DNA of 64,000 nucleotides from Gemmatimonadota bacterium (lineage in GTDB: Bacteria; Gemmatimonadota; Gemmatimonadetes; Gemmatimonadales; Gemmatimonadaceae): NCBI GenBank assembly GCA_031372565.1, contig JANMLN010000055.1, positions 1-64,000 of the forward strand, in the 5' to 3' direction. The translations under genes and the position numbers were made by a program. Shown here piece by piece: positions 48,761 to 58,485 of the stretch (position 1 is the stretch's first letter; each line of letters opens with the position of its first letter). The notes under the pieces were generated by a model, which did no database searches, had not been told where the DNA came from, and saw nothing but the letters and a program-made list of their open reading frames with translations.

Positions 48761-49413
48761 TCGCGCTGGCACTCGATGGCGCAAGCGGTGCCGGGACGCT
48801 AGCCGTGTTCGACGGCGATCGTTTGGTGGCGGAGGGGCAGGTGCCGATGGGCGCTCGCACGGGCGACCTGTTCTTTCCGGCCGTGCTGGACGCGCTGCGT
48901 GCGGCGGGGACGCGCCCGTCGCTCGTCTCGCGCGTGATTTGTGGGGCGGGGCCAGGGAGCTTCACCTCACTCCGGATCGTGGCCGCGATTGCCAAAGGGA
49001 TCTGCGAGGGGGCGGGGGCGGAATTGGTGGCGGTTCCATCGCTGGCGCTCGCCGTCGCCGCCGAACCCGAGCTGCCGGTGGGGACGTACCTCGTGCTCGC
49101 GGACGCGTTGCGCGGCGAATCGTTCGGGCAGTGGTGCGAGCGCCTCGCAGACGGGCGCGTGGTGGCGCGCTCGGCGGTGGAGCGCGCTCCGGCGGCAGCC
49201 CTCGTGGCGGACGCGGCCGCACGTGGTGCCATGGTGGTGGGGTTCGCGCAGGCGCGCCCCCTCGTGCCGCATGCGCGCGGCGCCATGGCCCTCGTGCGCG
49301 GCGGCGCGAGTACCGCGGTCGACGTGGCCACGTGGGAGCCAGCGTACGGACGGCTGGCGGAGGCGCAGGTGCAGTGGGAGGTGGCGCACGGGCGGCCACT
49401 ACCGGCGGCGTGA
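48757..49413 (+). CDS. tsaB: tRNA threonylcarbamoyladenosine biosynthesis protein TsaB
   Basis: LALD, GPGSFTSLRI, DA.RGE and EP.Y.R motifs. Confidence 0.9.
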   Translation: MIALALDGASGAGTLAVFDGDRLVAEGQVPMGARTGDLFFPAVLDALRAAGTRPSLVSRVICGAGPGSFTSLRIVAAIAKGICEGAGAELVAVPSLALAVAAEPELPVGTYLVLADALRGESFGQWCERLADGRVVARSAVERAPAAALVADAAARGAMVVGFAQARPLVPHARGAMALVRGGASTAVDVATWEPAYGRLAEAQVQWEVAHGRPLPAA

Positions 49414-49877
49414 GCGGCGTGGGGCATGTTGCCGAGGCGGGCGCGGCGATACGACCGGCGCTTGCGAGCGATCTCGACGGCGTCGTGGCGATCGAGGCGG
49501 CGAGCTTCAGCGACCCGTGGACCCGTGGGTCGTTCCGCACGCTCGTCGCCGTGCCGCACGTGTATTTTCCGGTGGTCGAAGATGCGGCTGGTGTGACCGC
49601 CTTCGCGATCGCGCTGTTTGCGGCAGATGAGAGCGAGTTGGCCAACCTCGCCGTCGCGCCGGAACGACGCGGCCGCGGGCTCGGTGCACGATTGCTGGAC
49701 GAGGTCATGCGCGAAGCCGAGCGACGCGGTGCGCGCACGATGTGGCTGGAGGTGCGGGAGTCCAACGCTGCGGCGCGCCGTTTGTATGCGGCGCGCGGTT
49801 TCGTGGACGCGGGACGGCGGCGGCGGTACTACGCCGATCCGGTGGAGGACGCGCTGGTCTTGCGACGCACGTTCTGA
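49410..49877 (+). CDS. rimI: Ribosomal-protein-alanine N-acetyltransferase
   Basis: IE..SF.DPW, NLAV, RGRGLG, LEVRESN and RRRYY..P.EDA motifs. Confidence 0.92.
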   Translation: MSGVGHVAEAGAAIRPALASDLDGVVAIEAASFSDPWTRGSFRTLVAVPHVYFPVVEDAAGVTAFAIALFAADESELANLAVAPERRGRGLGARLLDEVMREAERRGARTMWLEVRESNAAARRLYAARGFVDAGRRRRYYADPVEDALVLRRTF

Positions 49878-50005
49878 TAGCGCGGCAGGATCGAATGCAA
49901 CAGAATGACCTGCGGCGCAAGGAATCGGTGCCGCACCGCAGTGCAGGATGACATACGCTAGGGGTGCAGCAGGCAGCACCCACGAATCACACTACTGGAG
50001 GCACC

Positions 50006-50509
50006 ATGTCGCGCAGTCTCAACAAGGTCCAGCTGATCGGCAATCTCGGAAAGGATCCGGACGTTCGGTCCACCACCACTGGCAGCCGCGTGGCGGAGTT
50101 CTCGCTGGCGACGAGCCGGTCGTGGAAGTCTCCCTCGGGCGAACTGCAGGAGAAGACCGAGTGGCATCGGTGTATTGCCTGGAACGCCAAGAACGGCCCG
50201 CAGCTGGCCGACATCGTCGAGAAGTTCTGCCAGAAGGGAAAGACGGTCTACGTCGAGGGGCAGATCGAGTACCGGCAGTGGCAGGACAAGGAAGGGCAGA
50301 CGCGCTACACCACGGAGATCAACGTTCGCGAACTGATCCTGCTGGGCGGTGGGCGTCCGGGCGAGGGCGGGGCGGAGAGCGCGCCGCGTGAGCGCGCCGC
50401 CAAGCCGGCCAAGGCGGCGGCGGCAGGGAAGACGGGGAAGGCGGGGGGAGACGAGTTCGAGGATTTCCCGGGCGCGCTGCAGGAAGAAGACGACGACCTG
50501 CCGTTCTGA
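50006..50509 (+). CDS. ssb: Single-stranded DNA-binding protein
   Basis: SLNKVQLIGNLGKDP, EKTEWH, VYVEG and C-terminal DDDLPF; GGAGG RBS. Confidence 0.97.
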   Translation: MSRSLNKVQLIGNLGKDPDVRSTTTGSRVAEFSLATSRSWKSPSGELQEKTEWHRCIAWNAKNGPQLADIVEKFCQKGKTVYVEGQIEYRQWQDKEGQTRYTTEINVRELILLGGGRPGEGGAESAPRERAAKPAKAAAAGKTGKAGGDEFEDFPGALQEEDDDLPF

Positions 50510-50683
50510 TCGACGGGCAGGCGGAACAGGCGGCCTCCGACGGCGTATCCCGGGCCAGACATGGCTCGTCCTATGCCTGTCGGCGGCCGCCTCGTATTCC
50601 CGGGTCGGCCCCGGTGGACGCTCGCCCGACCGGGCGGCGTCCGGTCGATGCGTCTTGGTCTCTCGCTTCCGGAGCGTTGCGTC

Positions 50684-52051
50684 ATGCTGCTGCTTCCCGT
50701 CGCCCCCCGACATGCGCGCGGTCTCGCCGCCGTCGTCGTCGGTGCGGTGATTGCCCTGGTCCCCACGCAGGTTGTGCGTGGGCAGTTGACCGAGGCGGTC
50801 ACGCGCGCCCGCAAGGCCGCCGAGCAAGGCAATCAGCGAACGCAGGCCGTCGACGCACAAGCGCAACAGGCAACGCAGGACGGCAAGAAGGCGCCGGCAC
50901 CGCCGGCCGGGTCCAAGGGGGCGCAACCGACAGGGAGCGCGCCCGCAGGGGCGGCGCAGTCCGTAGTGCCCAAGCGGCCCGTTGACACGCTGCGCGCGTC
51001 GGGACGGGTGCCTGTGGCCCGGAACGACGGGAGCGCGCGGGGTGATACGCACACGGTCGAAACGGGGGAGACGCTCTGGGGCATCGCCCAGCGATACTTG
51101 CAGGATCCCTACTTGTGGCCGGAGATCTACCGGCTGAATACCGACGTGGTCGAGGATCCGAAGTGGATCTACCCCGGTGAAGTGCTGAAGCTTCCCGGTG
51201 CCGCGCCATCTGCCGCTATCGTCGCGGCGGCGCCTGCTCCGCTGCAGGGAACGGTGGATGAGGAGCCGCAGGTGCCGGAGGGGGCCACGGTCTTTTCCTC
51301 GGTCCGCCGCGTGGCGACCATCGCCCGACGCCGGGCGTCCGTCGTGACGCCGTCGCCAGCGGTCCGGACGGGTGAGTACGCCGCGGCTCCGTTTGCGACG
51401 GCGTCGAAGGGCCCGGCATGGTCCGGGCGCGTGCTGGAATCGCTGTCGAGCAGTTCGATCGGCATGGATCGGCGCGACCGCGCGATCCAGTTCGCGGAGC
51501 GCGTGAGCGTGACGCCGCCGTCGGGCGCACCGGCTCAGCCCGGCACGCGCTACCTGATTATCCGACCTGCGGGTACCGTCCCCGGCGTCGGCGACATCGC
51601 GATCCCCACTGGGGTGATCGATATCGAGGAGGTCGAGCGCGGCAAGGCCCCTGTGGGTCGGATCACCAAGGTGTTTGATGCCATCCGATCGGGACAGGGG
51701 CTCATTCCGTTCGAACGTCTCCGCGTCGACTCGCTGGCGCGTCCGGCGCCGGTTGCCAACGGAGCGCTGACCTCGGTGGTCTGGTTGCTCGCGGATCCCG
51801 TGCTGCCCACGTTGCAGGCCTACATCGTCCTGAACGCGAAGGGGATCAGCGCACCCCACATCGGGGATGTGTACGCGCTCCTGGGTCCTTCCACGAAGAC
51901 CCCGTCGGGCGTCAACGTCCCCGAAGAGGTCATCGGGTCGGCGCAAGTGGTGCGCATCACCCCTCAGGGGTTGACGGCCGTGATCACGGGACAGAAAACC
52001 GGCGCGATTCGCGAAGGGATGCAGGCGCGGCTCGCCGCCCGCATGCCCTGA
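50684..52051 (+). CDS. LysM-domain exported protein
   Basis: HTVETGETLWGIAQRYLQDPYLWPEIY..N..P.WIYPG; start uncertain (50561, 50648 or 50684). Confidence 0.85.
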   Translation: MLLLPVAPRHARGLAAVVVGAVIALVPTQVVRGQLTEAVTRARKAAEQGNQRTQAVDAQAQQATQDGKKAPAPPAGSKGAQPTGSAPAGAAQSVVPKRPVDTLRASGRVPVARNDGSARGDTHTVETGETLWGIAQRYLQDPYLWPEIYRLNTDVVEDPKWIYPGEVLKLPGAAPSAAIVAAAPAPLQGTVDEEPQVPEGATVFSSVRRVATIARRRASVVTPSPAVRTGEYAAAPFATASKGPAWSGRVLESLSSSSIGMDRRDRAIQFAERVSVTPPSGAPAQPGTRYLIIRPAGTVPGVGDIAIPTGVIDIEEVERGKAPVGRITKVFDAIRSGQGLIPFERLRVDSLARPAPVANGALTSVVWLLADPVLPTLQAYIVLNAKGISAPHIGDVYALLGPSTKTPSGVNVPEEVIGSAQVVRITPQGLTAVITGQKTGAIREGMQARLAARMP

Positions 52052-52095
52052 TCTTGGGCGTCGATCCCGGCGTCTTCTTACCTCCTCTTTCCGTC

Positions 52096-53061
52096 ATGAC
52101 CTCACCTCGTCGAATTCTCGTCACCGGCGGCGCCGGCTTCATCGGTTCCACGGTCGCCGACCTGTTCGTGTCCGAAGGGCACGCTGTCACGGTGCTCGAC
52201 AACCTCGCGAGCGGCAAGCGCGCGCAGGTTCCCAGCGCCGCCACCTTCGTCGAAGCGGACGTGACATCACCCGAGGCGGCGCGGGTGGTGCGCGAGGGCG
52301 GGTTCGACGCGATCTGCCACCTGGCGGCGCAGATCGACGTGCGCAAGAGCGTGACGGACCCGATGTTCGACGCGACGGTCAATATCCTCGGCGCGCTCAA
52401 TGTGCTCGAGGCGGTCAAAGTCGCCGGTGCGACCACGCGCGTGGTGTTCGCCTCGACGGGGGGCGCCATCTACGGGGACTTCGTCACGCCGCCGAACGTG
52501 GAGCGCTACGCAAAAGACCCCGATTCTCCGTATGGCATCGCGAAACTCTCGGTCGAGCACTACATGGCGTACTACGCGCGCGTGCACGGCGTGCCGACCG
52601 CCGTGCTGCGCTACGCCAACGTGTACGGACCGCGGCAGGACCCGCACGGTGAGGCGGGCGTGGTGGCCATCTTCTGCGGCCGGTTGATGGCCGGTCGCGC
52701 CATCACCGCGTTCGGCGATGGCCTGCAGACGCGCGACTACGTGTACGTGGGCGATGTGGCGCGCGCCAATCTGCTCGCCGCAACCTCGCCGCTGGCCAAG
52801 ATGGCGGAGCTCGACACGCGCGCGTGGAACATCGGCACCGGCATCGAGACCAACGTGATCGAGCTCGCGCGTACGATGATGCAGGTCTCGGGGGTCACCG
52901 TGCCGATCGAGCACGCGCCGGCCAAGGCGGGCGAGGCCCGTCGCTCGTCGGTTGCCATCGCGAAGGCCGAGGCCGAACTCGGGTGGACGCCCCGTGTCTC
53001 GCTGAGCGATGGCCTGCACAAGACCTATCGCTGGTTCGCCGATTCAGCCAAGGCAACATGA
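52096..53061 (+). CDS. NAD-dependent epimerase (UDP-glucose 4-epimerase-like)
   Basis: TGGAGFIG, HLAAQIDVR, STGGAIYG, YGIAK and RYANVYGPRQDPHGEAGVV motifs. Confidence 0.9.
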   Translation: MTSPRRILVTGGAGFIGSTVADLFVSEGHAVTVLDNLASGKRAQVPSAATFVEADVTSPEAARVVREGGFDAICHLAAQIDVRKSVTDPMFDATVNILGALNVLEAVKVAGATTRVVFASTGGAIYGDFVTPPNVERYAKDPDSPYGIAKLSVEHYMAYYARVHGVPTAVLRYANVYGPRQDPHGEAGVVAIFCGRLMAGRAITAFGDGLQTRDYVYVGDVARANLLAATSPLAKMAELDTRAWNIGTGIETNVIELARTMMQVSGVTVPIEHAPAKAGEARRSSVAIAKAEAELGWTPRVSLSDGLHKTYRWFADSAKAT

Positions 53062-53780
53062 TGTTCGTCGCCCCCATGCAGGTGGGTGGCGCCATCCCGT
53101 CGAGCCCGATTGAACTGCTGACCGGAAGCGGGACCACCGAACGGGTGGTCCTCGCGATTCTTGGCGTGCTCTCCCTCTTGAGTTGGGGGATCATGGTGGC
53201 CAAGTGGTTGGAGTTCCGGCGGATCAATGCGGGCGCGGCGCGCTTTCTCGGCGAGTTCGGCACGGTGGAGCGTGTCGAGGGCGCCGCCGGGCTGGCGCGG
53301 CGGTTGCCGGCGTCGCCGTACACCCGCGTGACCGATCGGGCGGTGCAGTTCCTGGCCTCCACGCGACCGACGGGCAGTGCGCCGTCGGTGACGTCGCCAG
53401 CGATGCTGTCGGCCGGACAACTCGATGCGCTGCGCGAGCTGCTCGACGCGCAGGCCGTGTTCGAGCGCGACGTCCTCGCCCGTTGGGTACCGGCGCTGGC
53501 CTCCATCGGGTCGGTCTCGCCGCTCATCGGGCTGCTGGGCACGGTACTCGGGGTGATCAACGCCTTCCTCGGCCTGGCGTCGAAGGGGTCGGGCAACATC
53601 GGGGCGGTGGCGCCCGGCATCGCCACGGCGCTGGTGGCCACGGCGGCGGCGCTGACCGTCGCGATTCCCGCCGCGTTCGGCTACAACATTTTCGCGAACC
53701 AGCTCAACCGGATCGAGCGCGAACTCGAGGGGTACGGTTCCGAGCTGATCGCGCTGCTCGCGCGCGAAGGGCGGCTGTAG
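53058..53780 (+). CDS. tolQ: MotA/TolQ/ExbB proton channel protein
   Basis: SPLIGLLGTV.G and VAPGIA.ALVATA..L.VAIPA motifs; tol-pal context. Confidence 0.9.
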   Translation: MMFVAPMQVGGAIPSSPIELLTGSGTTERVVLAILGVLSLLSWGIMVAKWLEFRRINAGAARFLGEFGTVERVEGAAGLARRLPASPYTRVTDRAVQFLASTRPTGSAPSVTSPAMLSAGQLDALRELLDAQAVFERDVLARWVPALASIGSVSPLIGLLGTVLGVINAFLGLASKGSGNIGAVAPGIATALVATAAALTVAIPAAFGYNIFANQLNRIERELEGYGSELIALLAREGRL

Positions 53781-53781
53781 C

Positions 53782-54195
53782 ATGGGGCGCCGCCGGCGCG
53801 GCGAGGGCACTCCGCTCAACGCCGAGATCAACGTCGTGTCGCTGATCGACGTGATGATGTTGCTGATGATCATCTTCATGATCACCGCACCGATCATGCA
53901 GGGCGGCGTGGACGTCGAGTTGCCGAGGGCGGAGGCGCGTCCGCTCGAGCCCAAGGGGGGACTCGCGGTCACGGTCAATCGACAAGGGCAGCTGTTCGTC
54001 GACGAGGCGCGGCTGACACTCCCGGAGTTCCGCGCGGCCTTCAAGTCGCTGGCCGCGGAGCGCGGCAAGGGCGGGGTGTACCTGCGTGCGGACAAGGATG
54101 TCCCCTACGGGCGCGTCGTCGAGGTGCTGGCCGTGATGCGTGCCGCGGGTGTCGGCCCTGTCGGGCTCGTGGCCGAACAGGAGCGTGTGCCGTGA
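53782..54195 (+). CDS. tolR: TolR/ExbD protein
   Basis: EINVVSLIDVMMLLMIIFMITAP and LRADKDVPYG motifs. Confidence 0.92.
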   Translation: MGRRRRGEGTPLNAEINVVSLIDVMMLLMIIFMITAPIMQGGVDVELPRAEARPLEPKGGLAVTVNRQGQLFVDEARLTLPEFRAAFKSLAAERGKGGVYLRADKDVPYGRVVEVLAVMRAAGVGPVGLVAEQERVP

Positions 54196-54965
54196 CGACG
54201 CTGGTGCCACCGCAGGGCGCGCGTCTGACGCTGCCGATCGCGATCTCGGCCGCGCTGCATCTCGGCGCGATCGCCGTCCTCGCCACGCGACCCGGTCCCC
54301 CGCCGATGCCGCCGATGTATGAGGTGAACCTGATCGCGGCGCCCGCGGGGCCCCGTGCGATCGGGCGGGCGGCGCCCGCGGCGGAGACCCCAACGGCGGC
54401 CGCGGCACGCCCGAGCGCCACGCGGCCGGCCCCTGCGCCTCTGCCGACGGCCAAGGGCCCCATCGTGCCCGCGAAGAGCACGCCGGCGAAGACACCGGCG
54501 ACGAAGACGCCGGTCGCCGCAGCGACGACCCCAGCCACCTCCGCGAAGGCCCCGCCGGCCAGCGCGAGCCCGGACATGCCCGTCAGCAAGGCGCCGCCAG
54601 CGGGCGCAACGGCGGGGGGCGGTCCCACGGGCGACAAGGGGACGGACGTGGCCACGGTGCGCACGGAAGGGACCGCCTTTCCGTTTCCGGGGTACCTGCA
54701 GAACATCGTGCGGCAGATCGCGCTGAACTTTCGACCGCGCGCTCCGGGGGCGCTGCGTTGTGACGTGTCGTTTCTGATCCATCGTGACGGGTCCGTGTCC
54801 AACGTGCGCTTCGTCGCGCGCTCCGGGGCGTATGCCTTCGACCTCGAAGCGCAGGGCGCCATCGAAGCGGCGGCTCGTTCGCGCGCGTTCGGCTCCCTGC
54901 CAACCGGTTTCCCCGATGACGTGCTCCCGGTGACCTTCTCCTTCGATCCGAGGCTGGTGCGTTGA
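54192..54965 (+). CDS. TolA/TonB-like energy transducer
   Basis: N-terminal TM with SxxLH, Pro/Ala/Lys linker, TonB-C-like domain (F.I.RDG.V...SG...FD..A). Confidence 0.8.
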   Translation: MTTLVPPQGARLTLPIAISAALHLGAIAVLATRPGPPPMPPMYEVNLIAAPAGPRAIGRAAPAAETPTAAAARPSATRPAPAPLPTAKGPIVPAKSTPAKTPATKTPVAAATTPATSAKAPPASASPDMPVSKAPPAGATAGGGPTGDKGTDVATVRTEGTAFPFPGYLQNIVRQIALNFRPRAPGALRCDVSFLIHRDGSVSNVRFVARSGAYAFDLEAQGAIEAAARSRAFGSLPTGFPDDVLPVTFSFDPRLVR

Positions 54966-56242
54966 GGGGCTGCTGGAGTGGCATCATCGGTCTGGTGGCG
55001 TGCGCGGCGTCCGCGCAGGCCCAGCCCGGCGGTGTGCGGATCGGGCTGACCTACGCGCCCGGCGTGAAGCCCGGCATCGTGATCGCGCCGATCGGCGGGG
55101 TGCTCGGCGATTCCGCGCATGCCATGCTCGGCCGCGATCTCGACTTCGGCGATCGCGTGAGCGTGATCGCCGCCGGAAGTGCGCTGGCCCCCACCACAGT
55201 CACGGGCAAGGCGCCGAACTACGCCCTACTCGCCAAGCTCGGAGCGGCCGGCCTGGTGCAAGTCGAACTGGCGCCGGGTCGCGTTCGCGCCACGGTCCAC
55301 GATGTCGGGGCGCAGCGCATCATCGACACGCTGTCGGTCGCGCTGCCGGCCGGGGGGCACTCCCGCCCGTGGCGCGCCGCGCTGCATCTGCTCGCCGACG
55401 ACGTCGAACGGGTCTTGACCGGTACGACAGGCATGGCGCACACCCGGATCGCGTTCGTGAAGGGGGGCCGGACCTGGCTGGTCGATTCGGACGGCGCCTT
55501 TGCCGAGCCCGTGTCGGATGGCAGCGCCCTCTCGCCGACGTGGCGTCGTGACGGTGGCGCGCTGGCGTGGACCGTCCTGAGCAACGCGGGCACGCGTATT
55601 CAGGTCAAGGAACTCGGATCGGGGCGGTTGTCGAGCCTCGTGGCGACCCCTGATGGCCTCAACATCACTCCGGCGTTCACGCCGGACGGCAGCGCCATCG
55701 TGTACGCGCACGGGCTGGACAATGGCACGGATCTCTGGATCGCCCCGGTTGCGGGCGGCGAGGCCCGGCGGGTGACGGTGGGCCGGGGGAGCGACAACAC
55801 GTCGCCGACGGTGAGCCCTGACGGTCGCCGGGTCGCGTTCACCTCCGGGCGCACCGGCCATCCCGACCTCTACGTGGCCGACCTCGATGGCACCAACACC
55901 GACGCCCTGACCGACATCGGCCTCGATGACGACTCGTACCGGTCGGGTCCTGACTGGTCGTCCGACGGGCGGTCCATCGCCTTTGCCACGCGCCTCGGCG
56001 GGCAGTTCCAGATTGCGGTCCTCTCGCTTCGGGATCGGGCCGTGAAGGTCCTCACGAGCGACGGCAAGAACGAAGATCCCTCGTGGGCGCCGGACGGGCG
56101 ACACCTCGTCTTTACCTCGTCGCGAACCGGAAGCCAGGAACTGTGGGTCATCGACAGCGAGTCGGGCCGACTGCGACAGCTGACCCGCGAGCGGGGGGCC
56201 CGGCTGTCGGCGTGGAGTCCACGACTGCCCGCAGCGCCGTAA
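54962..56242 (+). CDS. tolB: TolB beta-propeller protein
   Basis: TRIAFV and repeated P.WSPDG-like PD40 motifs; precedes pal. Confidence 0.88.
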   Translation: MRGCWSGIIGLVACAASAQAQPGGVRIGLTYAPGVKPGIVIAPIGGVLGDSAHAMLGRDLDFGDRVSVIAAGSALAPTTVTGKAPNYALLAKLGAAGLVQVELAPGRVRATVHDVGAQRIIDTLSVALPAGGHSRPWRAALHLLADDVERVLTGTTGMAHTRIAFVKGGRTWLVDSDGAFAEPVSDGSALSPTWRRDGGALAWTVLSNAGTRIQVKELGSGRLSSLVATPDGLNITPAFTPDGSAIVYAHGLDNGTDLWIAPVAGGEARRVTVGRGSDNTSPTVSPDGRRVAFTSGRTGHPDLYVADLDGTNTDALTDIGLDDDSYRSGPDWSSDGRSIAFATRLGGQFQIAVLSLRDRAVKVLTSDGKNEDPSWAPDGRHLVFTSSRTGSQELWVIDSESGRLRQLTRERGARLSAWSPRLPAAP

Positions 56243-56260
56243 CCCGACCATCTTTCATCC

Positions 56261-56938
56261 ATGAATTCCATGTTGCCGACCTCCAAGCGTCCGACCCGTC
56301 GCCCCCTCGCTGCGCTCGTCCTGGGCGTTGCCGTGCTGGTGAGCGCGTGCTCCAAGAAACCCGAGACCGCGCCGGTGCCCGAGACGTCCCCTGCGGCGGC
56401 CGCCACGGCCTCCACCGCACCTGCAACCACCGCCACGACGCCCGCGACGCCGATCGCGCCGGTCGTCGATACGGCCGCCGAGCGCGCACGGCGCGAGGCG
56501 GCGCGCCTCAAGGCGCGGGAAGACTCGATCGCCGCCGCTCGCATGTTGGCGAGCAAGACGGCCGCCGAGCTGAAGGCGGCGTTGGTGGCGACGGTGTACT
56601 TCGACTACGACCGAGCGGAGCTGCGGGACGACACCCGGGCAGCGCTCGAGGCCAAGTTGCCGATTCTGCGGGCGAACTCGGCGCTGCGCCTCCGGGTGCA
56701 GGGCCACACGGACGAGCGCGGGTCGGACGAGTACAACCTCGCGCTCGGTCAGCGGCGCGCAGCGTCGGTGCAGCGCTTCTTCACGGATCGTGGCGTGGAG
56801 GCAGGCCGATTCGCGTTGGTGAGCTTCGGGCGAGAGAAGCCGGCCTCGGCGGGTGACGACGACGCATCGCGCTCGAAGAATCGACGCGCCGAGTTCGAGA
56901 TCCTCGCCGGCGGCGAGGGGCTCGCGGGCCCGCGTTGA
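56261..56938 (+). CDS. pal: Peptidoglycan-associated lipoprotein
   Basis: Lipobox VSAC; VYFDYD, GHTDERGSDEYNLALGQRRA and NRRAE motifs. Confidence 0.93.
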   Translation: MNSMLPTSKRPTRRPLAALVLGVAVLVSACSKKPETAPVPETSPAAAATASTAPATTATTPATPIAPVVDTAAERARREAARLKAREDSIAAARMLASKTAAELKAALVATVYFDYDRAELRDDTRAALEAKLPILRANSALRLRVQGHTDERGSDEYNLALGQRRAASVQRFFTDRGVEAGRFALVSFGREKPASAGDDDASRSKNRRAEFEILAGGEGLAGPR

Positions 56939-57720
56939 ACCGGCGGGAGTCTTCGGGTCGTGCAGGCTGCGCGCTTTGGCGTGCGGCCGCGCTCGTCGCG
57001 TGCCTCGCGCCGGCCGGCGGCTGTCTGGCGACGCAAACCGACGTGAAGGCGTTGCAGGCGGACATCGCCGTGTTGCGCGCCGAGTCGCGCCGGGCCGACT
57101 CCGTGCGCACCGCGCAGGCGACGGCGGTGCTTGTGGGCCTCAAGCTGGTCAGCGATACGCTGCACGGTGTCCAGGTGCGACTCGGCACGATGGCGGGGGA
57201 CACCAAGGGTGACCTGTACGCGATGCAGCAGCAGTTGATCCAGATCCAGGAGTTGACCGGACAGAGCCAGCGTCGGATCCAGGAGATGCGCGCCAATCTC
57301 GAGGATCGGGCGCCCGGCGCCGTGGACTCGGGTCGGGCGGCCTCGCCGGGGCCGAACCAGCTGCTGCAACTGTCGCTCGACCAGTTGCGCCGCGGCAGTG
57401 CGGGCGCCGCGCGGGCGGGCTTCATCGAATTGCTCACGCGCTTCGGTGACAGCGACGCCGCCGCGCTGGCGCAGTTCTACGTGGGCGAGACGTTCGCCGC
57501 GGAAGGGGACGTGGCGGCAGCCGATTCGGTGTATCAGCTCGTGATCCGGACGAGCCCCAAGTCGGCCAAGGCCTCGACGGCGCTGTACAAGCACGCGCTG
57601 GTGTTGTTGGGGCGCGGCGATGCGGCCGGTGGCCGGGTCGCCCTCGCCGACGTTGCGCGACTGTACCCCCAGTCGGACGAGGCCGTCCTCGCGCAGGACC
57701 GGCTCAAGTCCCTCAAGTAG
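56935..57720 (+). CDS. cpoB: CpoB/YbgF-like coiled-coil and TPR protein
   Basis: Coiled-coil N-terminal half, TPR C-terminal half; directly after pal. Confidence 0.8.
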   Translation: MNRRESSGRAGCALWRAAALVACLAPAGGCLATQTDVKALQADIAVLRAESRRADSVRTAQATAVLVGLKLVSDTLHGVQVRLGTMAGDTKGDLYAMQQQLIQIQELTGQSQRRIQEMRANLEDRAPGAVDSGRAASPGPNQLLQLSLDQLRRGSAGAARAGFIELLTRFGDSDAAALAQFYVGETFAAEGDVAAADSVYQLVIRTSPKSAKASTALYKHALVLLGRGDAAGGRVALADVARLYPQSDEAVLAQDRLKSLK

Positions 57721-57723
57721 CCG

Positions 57724-58485
57724 ATGGCGCGCCCCGAATCCGAGATGCCCTTCCTCGACCACCTCGAGGAGCTGCGCTGGCGGCTCCTCTGGTCGGTGTT
57801 GGCGTTGGTCATCTGCGTCTTCATCTCGTTCGTGCTGCTCGTGAAGCTGGACATCATCGGCCTGCTGCAAGTGCCGATCAAGCCGTTCCTCAACGGACGC
57901 AAGCTGGTGTACACGCATCCGGGCGATCCCTTCTCGATCGTGCTCAATGCGTCGATCGCGCTCGGCGTCGTGCTGGCGCTGCCGGTGATCATGTGGCAGG
58001 TGTGGACCTTCGTGGCGCCCGCATTGTACCAGCACGAGAAGAAGGTGGTGGTGCCTGTGTTCGCCGGCGCCATCGGCCTGTTCCTGGGGGGCGCGTCGCT
58101 GTGCTACTTCTACGCGCTGCCGCTCTCGCTCGGCTTCCTGATCGGGTTCCAGAGTGATTCGCTCGAGCCGATGATCACGGCGTCGGAGTACTTCTCGTTC
58201 GCGATCTCGATGACGCTCGCGTTCGGCGCGGCGTTCGAGCTGCCGATCGTGATCCTCGCGTTGGCGGCGCTTGGCGTCGTGACGCCGCAGTTTCTCGTGC
58301 GCTACCGTCGCCACGCGCTGGTCGGCTGCGTCGTGGCCGCCACGGTGCTGACCCCCGGCGACCTCGTGTACGCGTCGGCGATGATGGCGGTGCCGCTGTA
58401 TGGCCTGTACGAGATCTCGATCTGGCTCTCCTGGTTCGTGGTGCGACGTCGCGAGCGGCGCATCGCAGCGGCCGAGGCGGCGTGA
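57724..58485 (+). CDS. tatC: Twin-arginine translocase subunit TatC
   Basis: MPFLDHLEELRWRL, FVAPALY.HEK, FELP, TPGD and LYEIS motifs. Confidence 0.96.
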   Translation: MARPESEMPFLDHLEELRWRLLWSVLALVICVFISFVLLVKLDIIGLLQVPIKPFLNGRKLVYTHPGDPFSIVLNASIALGVVLALPVIMWQVWTFVAPALYQHEKKVVVPVFAGAIGLFLGGASLCYFYALPLSLGFLIGFQSDSLEPMITASEYFSFAISMTLAFGAAFELPIVILALAALGVVTPQFLVRYRRHALVGCVVAATVLTPGDLVYASAMMAVPLYGLYEISIWLSWFVVRRRERRIAAAEAA